Origin: Candidatus Bathyarchaeia archaeon
GTDB lineage: Archaea > Thermoproteota > Bathyarchaeia > Bathyarchaeales > Bathycorpusculaceae
Direction: 5' to 3'
NCBI GenBank assembly: GCA_038882975.1
Contig: JAVZNE010000001.1
Span: 288,001-352,000 of the forward strand
DNA length: 64,000 nt
This document shows, piece by piece, positions 59,480 to 64,000 of this stretch. The first letter of the stretch is position 1; each line of letters opens with the position of its first letter. Position numbers and translations under genes: made by a program. Under the pieces are notes generated by a model. That model worked only from the letters and a program-made list of their open reading frames with translations, did not search any database and had not been told where the DNA came from.

Positions 59480-60327
59480 AAGTGTTTAAGCGCCTCCTTC
59501 AACTTTTCAGCCATCTCCTCAGAAGATAACGGAACTTTTCCGCCCAGCTTTATCCCGTCGCTCTTTAGTATTTGGTAGAGACGTGTCGCCTTTGGAATCC
59601 CAACACCGATCAGACGGGCTTCCTCAGAGTTCAAGATTTCATGGGGCTCTCCGTCCAAAACAACTTTGCCTTCATCCATTATTATAATGTGGTCTGCGTA
59701 TTTGGCTGTCAAATCTAGCCTATGCTCAACGAGTACTATAGTGATTCCGAGCTTTCTATTAAGCTCATAAATAACCTCAAAAATTTTCTTGGCGCCCAAC
59801 GGGTCAAGGAAAGACGTTGGTTCATCGAGAACTAGAACTTCTGGTTGCATGGCTAAAACCGAAGCTATGGCAACCCGTTGCTGTTGCCCGCCGGAAAGCT
59901 CTGTTGGTGTGCGCTCCCTTAACTCGTAAATTCCGGTAAGCTTGAGCGCCCAGTCCACTCTTTTGCGGATTTCCTCTCTTGGGATTCCAAGGTTTTCAAG
60001 TCCGAAGGCTACGTCTTTCTCCACTGACAAGGCGAAAAGCTGGTTTTCGGGATTTTGAAAAACTAAGCCAACGTGGGTTGCAAGCTCGTATATTTGGTGT
60101 TCTGGAACCCTTAAACCAGCAACGGTTATCTCGCCTTTCAATTCACCTTGATAAAAGTGGGGGATCAGCCCATTAAAACATCTGCACAAGGTTGTTTTTC
60201 CACATCCGCTTGGACCAGTTATTAATGCGAATTCGCCCTTCTCAATTTTTATGGAAACATCCCTAATTGATGGCTTTGCCGCGCCTGGATAAGTGTATGT
60301 TAGGTTTTTTGTTTCAATCACTGCCAT
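59476..60327 (-). CDS. ecfA1: ECF transporter ATPase
   Basis: GPSGCGKT, FQNPENQL, LSGGQQQR, DEPT. Confidence 0.92.
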   Translation of the reverse strand: MAVIETKNLTYTYPGAAKPSIRDVSIKIEKGEFALITGPSGCGKTTLCRCFNGLIPHFYQGELKGEITVAGLRVPEHQIYELATHVGLVFQNPENQLFALSVEKDVAFGLENLGIPREEIRKRVDWALKLTGIYELRERTPTELSGGQQQRVAIASVLAMQPEVLVLDEPTSFLDPLGAKKIFEVIYELNRKLGITIVLVEHRLDLTAKYADHIIIMDEGKVVLDGEPHEILNSEEARLIGVGIPKATRLYQILKSDGIKLGGKVPLSSEEMAEKLKEALKHL

Positions 60328-60382
60328 GCTTGGTTTTTCCACCACATTTAAAGCCAAAATTTTGTCATTTAAGAGTAACTAC

Positions 60383-61396
60383 TTAACTTTGAGTCTTCGT
60401 CTGTTGCGTTGCCACTATTTTTTCCTTCAAAAGCTTCAAACATCGCTTAAGCCCAGCCTCAAGCTCCCCAAAACCGTTCACACCTGCAGCTGTTGCGTGT
60501 CCCCCGCCCATCCCGTTAAGATACTCGCCTAAAGGTTTGGCTATGTCCCTTCCAAGGTGGATACCTGTCTTCTCATGAAAATCCTTCGTACAGCGGAGGC
60601 TAATCTCCAAACTTTCATTTTTCTGTCCAGCCACAACAGCCACGTGCGCTCCAAGGTCTATTATGGCACGGGCTGCCGAAGCCTGATAGGCACTTACATG
60701 CGACAAGGCGATTATCCATTCGCCTATTTTGAAGAGTTTAGCCCTCTTACAAGCTTTAAGCCTTGCAACTCTTTCTGAAAAATCCATGGGCAAGGATAAT
60801 ACTGCCAATGCTTCTTGCACGTTCACTCCAGCATCTATCAGATCAGCTACCGTTTTAAGCGTTGAGGAGTTAGCCAAAACAAAGTGTCGGGTGTCAAAGG
60901 CTATGCCCAAGAAAAGCGCCTTCGCCTCATTTTCCTCGATCTTCACGCCCGACTGCTTGTAAAAGTTGTAGATTATTTCGCATGTTGAGGAGACGCCTTC
61001 ATCCGTAATGCAAAGCCTCGCCATCTTTTCGGTTTCTGGATGGGCAGCATGATGATCAATAACGACTAATGGTGCTTTTGAAGCTTTCACCTTTTCTGCA
61101 AGGTTGTTCAACTGCTGAATAGTGTTTGTGTCTAAAAGCATTATCACATTTGCTTCTTCCACCTTGGGCTGGGCTTCCACGTTTATTGGCAAATATTTTA
61201 GGATGTGCTTTGAAAGGCGACTTATTCCCTGCGCTGCCCCAATCTCAACGCTGACTTGCGGTCTACGCTTTTTAATTAGGCTTGCCAAAGCATAAGCCGA
61301 GCATATGGCGTCTGGGTCTGCATTATGATGGCACAATAAGACTATGTGCTGGGCATTTGCCTCATCCATTATTCGAGCTATTTCTGCAAACGACAC
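60383..61396 (-). CDS. DHH/DHHA1 phosphoesterase
   Basis: HHNADPDA, IDHH, GGGHATAAG. Confidence 0.9.
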   Translation of the reverse strand: MSFAEIARIMDEANAQHIVLLCHHNADPDAICSAYALASLIKKRRPQVSVEIGAAQGISRLSKHILKYLPINVEAQPKVEEANVIMLLDTNTIQQLNNLAEKVKASKAPLVVIDHHAAHPETEKMARLCITDEGVSSTCEIIYNFYKQSGVKIEENEAKALFLGIAFDTRHFVLANSSTLKTVADLIDAGVNVQEALAVLSLPMDFSERVARLKACKRAKLFKIGEWIIALSHVSAYQASAARAIIDLGAHVAVVAGQKNESLEISLRCTKDFHEKTGIHLGRDIAKPLGEYLNGMGGGHATAAGVNGFGELEAGLKRCLKLLKEKIVATQQTKTQS

Positions 61397-61680
61397 TTAA
61401 TCTCCCTCAAATACTTCTCAGCTGACTTAAACGCCTCTTTAACAGCCTCATCCGCAAGCTTCTGAACGTCATATTCCTGCATCAGCGGTGACAGAACTAT
61501 TTCAACATCAACGGTCAATGTTAAGGGTTTCTCACCGTCTGTTTCAACGCTTATGTTTAATGTCTCAACTTGTTTAGGCGGAACCTTTGACAGTACGTAT
61601 TCTCTTGCAGCCTCCTCAGCTATCGAGCATAACTCTTCAATCTGTTCTGGAGTTAACTCTGGCAAGCCTATATCTTCCAA
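61378..61680 (-). CDS. DUF3194-like protein
   Basis: IGLPELT...AEEAA pattern; neighbour of prefoldin beta. Confidence 0.65.
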   Translation of the reverse strand: MEDIGLPELTPEQIEELCSIAEEAAREYVLSKVPPKQVETLNISVETDGEKPLTLTVDVEIVLSPLMQEYDVQKLADEAVKEAFKSAEKYLREIKCRLQK

Positions 61681-61711
61681 GCTTCCACCAAGCCTCGTTA
61701 GTGCCCTTTGC

Positions 61712-62083
61712 CTATGGCTGTGTTCCCGAAACTGGAGCCAAATCCTGCTGAAGCTTCGTCTGAAGCTCCTTCATTTGGCTACGGAGGCGCTCTTCCTGCT
61801 TGCCCAAAACAGAAGCTCGCATGTTAAGAAGCTCTTTACGCTCGTTTAGGTCTGCTGTCACCTTCGCCTTGTCGGTCTTAACCAAAAGCGAGCCTATCGC
61901 TCTATAAATAACCGCATCATCCGCAACCTTTTGCAGCTCACTCAAAGCCTGCTCAATCTCTGTTAGCTCCAACTCCACCTGTTGTTTCTGAGCCAAAACA
62001 GATTGCAACGTCTGCTGTAACTGTTGTAACCTTAAGAGCCGCTCCTGAACCTGTGGAGGAAGTTTAGCTAACTCTTCACTCAA
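61712..62083 (-). CDS. pfdB: prefoldin beta subunit
   Basis: LPPQVQ, coiled coil with IYRAIGSLLVK hairpin. Confidence 0.93.
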   Translation of the reverse strand: MSEELAKLPPQVQERLLRLQQLQQTLQSVLAQKQQVELELTEIEQALSELQKVADDAVIYRAIGSLLVKTDKAKVTADLNERKELLNMRASVLGKQEERLRSQMKELQTKLQQDLAPVSGTQP

Positions 62084-62168
62084 ATTTATCCTTCCATCTG
62101 CACAGCTTTACACCAAACCAATTAATTAAACATTTTCTAAAGGCAGTAATAAACGAAGAGCTTTAACA

Positions 62169-62257
62169 TGCAAAATCTAGAGGGGGATAGTCAATTTTGG
62201 CTTTTCCAAAACCAAAAGTTGTTGCAAAACCTAGAGGGGTAGTGTATTTGCGCTTTC
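62169..62257. repeat. two imperfect direct repeats, each able to form a hairpin
   Basis: TGCAAAA(T/C)CTAGAGGGG at 62169 and 62223. Confidence 0.7.
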
Positions 62258-62353
62258 TGCCAGCTCACAAATATGACTTCCCACAATGATTAAACAGTTA
62301 ATTTTAAAGGCTTAAAAATAGAAGATTAACAACTACATGCGAGGTGGAATGTC

Positions 62354-62773
62354 GTGGTTAAGGTTGACGGATACGAGGTTCCAGAAGGACTATACTACTC
62401 GAAGGATTTTGAATGGCTCAAAATTGAAGGCGACAAGGTTCGTGTTGGCATAACAGACTACGCCCAAAAACAGCTAAGGGAAGTTGTTTACGCAGAGTTG
62501 CCAAGCCCAGGAACCACCACAAAACAGAACGAGCCATATGGCACCGTCGAGTCGGTGAAAGCCGTTTCAGACCTTGTGGCACCAGTGAGCGGTACAATAG
62601 AAGAGGTGAACACCGAAGTTCAGTCAAAACCAGAGCTCTTAAACGAAGACCCATACGGGAAGGGCTGGCTCCTCATTATAAAACCCTCAAACTTGCAAGC
62701 CGAACTAAAAAATCTGATGGACTTCAATGCAGCTGTCGAATGGCACAAAAGCCTAATTAAAGAAGGGAAGTAG
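62354..62773 (+). CDS. gcvH: glycine cleavage H protein
   Basis: VGITDYAQ, VESVKAVSD lipoyl-Lys, DPYGKGWL. Confidence 0.95.
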   Translation: MVKVDGYEVPEGLYYSKDFEWLKIEGDKVRVGITDYAQKQLREVVYAELPSPGTTTKQNEPYGTVESVKAVSDLVAPVSGTIEEVNTEVQSKPELLNEDPYGKGWLLIIKPSNLQAELKNLMDFNAAVEWHKSLIKEGK

Positions 62774-62776
62774 CCC

Positions 62777-64000
62777 TTGCCAAAACGCATAGTAATAATT
62801 GGGGCGCACGCTGCCGGTGTAGATGCAGCCTCAGCCGCTAGAAAAACAGATCGCACAGCCGAAATCACCCTAATAACTGATGAGAAGTATGCAGGATACT
62901 CCCGTTGCGGTTTACCCTTCGTCATAGGCGGACACATACCAAGCTTCAGCAACCTCATAGTTTTCCCGCCAAGCTATTTCCAAATGATGAAACTAAACCT
63001 AAAAACAGAAACCAAAGTGACAAAAATAGACAAGGACAAAAAGACCGTTCTAACAGTGGACAAGGCTGGAAACACCGAGGAAATCTCCTACGACAGCCTA
63101 ATAATAGCCGCAGGGGCTAGCGCCTTCACACCACCAATAAAAGGAAGAGAAAAGCAAGGAATAATACCCTTAAGAACAATAGAGGATGGGCAGAGAATAG
63201 ACCAGGCGGTCCGCGAAGGCGCAAAAACAGCCGTCGTAATGGGCGCTGGACTCATAGGCTTAGAAACTGCTGTAGCCCTGCAAGAACGAGGCTTAAAAGT
63301 GACTGTTGTGGAAATGTTGCCCCAAGTTTTGCCAGCCATGCTTGACGCAGACATAGCGAAAATGGTTCAGGAAATGCTAGAGCAAAAAGGCATACGAATT
63401 CTAACCAGCAAACCAGTTGAAGAGTTCCTCGGAACGGATAAGGTGACGGGCATAGTGGCTGGAGGAGAACAAATAAGCGCAGACCTCTTCGTAAGCGCTT
63501 TTGGTGTCAGGGCAAACACCCAGCTCGCCGTGGACGCTGGAATAGCCCTAGGCGAAACAAGAGCCATCAAAACAAACGCCAGAATGGAGACAAACGTTAA
63601 GGACGTTTATGCTGTGGGTGACTGTGCAGAATCCACCCACATTGTCACGCAGAAGCCGGCACTGCAACAGCTTGGAACAGTGGCTGTAAGACAGGGAAAA
63701 GTGGCAGGGATAAACGCTGCTGGCGGCTATGCACTATTTACTGGTGTTTTGGGCTCGGCTGTAACCCAGCTTTATGACACACAGGTTGGCGTGACAGGCT
63801 TAACGGAGGCGGCAGCCCAAAGGGCAAGAATAGAAACCGTTACTGGAACAATCTCTTCCAAGACAAAAGCAGACTATTATCCGGGCGCCTTACCAATAAA
63901 GGTTAAGCTTGTCGTTGAAAAGGAGTCGCAACGCATTATTGGAGCTCAAATAATAGGCGGAGAAGAGGTGACCCAACGTATAAATGCTGTTTCATTCGCC
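62777..64000 (+). CDS. FAD-dependent NADH oxidase/CoA-disulfide reductase family protein, runs off the window
   Basis: TTG 3 nt after gcvH; IVIIGAHAAG, YSRCGLP, GAGLIGLE, VYAVGDCAE; absent from the track because there is no stop. Confidence 0.9.
   Translation, partial: MPKRIVIIGAHAAGVDAASAARKTDRTAEITLITDEKYAGYSRCGLPFVIGGHIPSFSNLIVFPPSYFQMMKLNLKTETKVTKIDKDKKTVLTVDKAGNTEEISYDSLIIAAGASAFTPPIKGREKQGIIPLRTIEDGQRIDQAVREGAKTAVVMGAGLIGLETAVALQERGLKVTVVEMLPQVLPAMLDADIAKMVQEMLEQKGIRILTSKPVEEFLGTDKVTGIVAGGEQISADLFVSAFGVRANTQLAVDAGIALGETRAIKTNARMETNVKDVYAVGDCAESTHIVTQKPALQQLGTVAVRQGKVAGINAAGGYALFTGVLGSAVTQLYDTQVGVTGLTEAAAQRARIETVTGTISSKTKADYYPGALPIKVKLVVEKESQRIIGAQIIGGEEVTQRINAVSFA

Noticed and set aside
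62169-62257. Tandem glycine riboswitch upstream of gcvH
   Set aside because: Lacks glycine aptamer consensus elements, is too short, and lies upstream of the likely promoter.
3558-63570. Numerous 60-170 aa ORFs overlapping recognised genes
   Set aside because: Antisense or off-frame shadows without motifs or initiation signals.

Overview
Gene-dense archaeal chromosome segment, most consistent with Bathyarchaeia/TACK (aIF5B, Topo VI, thermosome, AglB, CarS, PolB1-type polymerase, TackOD1-like protein); the taxon is inferred from gene content. Most of the window is housekeeping: translation, tRNA modification, DNA repair and topology, lipid and N-glycan synthesis, molybdopterin, an ECF module, a hutH-less histidine-utilisation operon, split glycine-cleavage genes and a type IV pilus cluster. 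I saw no rRNA, tRNA, CRISPR array, transposase, integrase or intein. The strongest leads are: (1) a structured 5' leader with a switchable anti-Shine-Dalgarno upstream of a QueT-family transporter, a candidate archaeal riboswitch; (2) a low-GC two-gene cassette encoding a PD-(D/E)xK nuclease with a C-terminal PCNA-binding PIP box, a candidate defence system; (3) an unannotated 24-aa (E4W)n acidic microprotein upstream of ABCE1; (4) an unannotated 25-aa eL41 probably starting at ATC; (5) a nested 'Russian-doll' giant pilin; (6) three OST-related genes. All functional calls come from motif recognition by eye; no searches were run.
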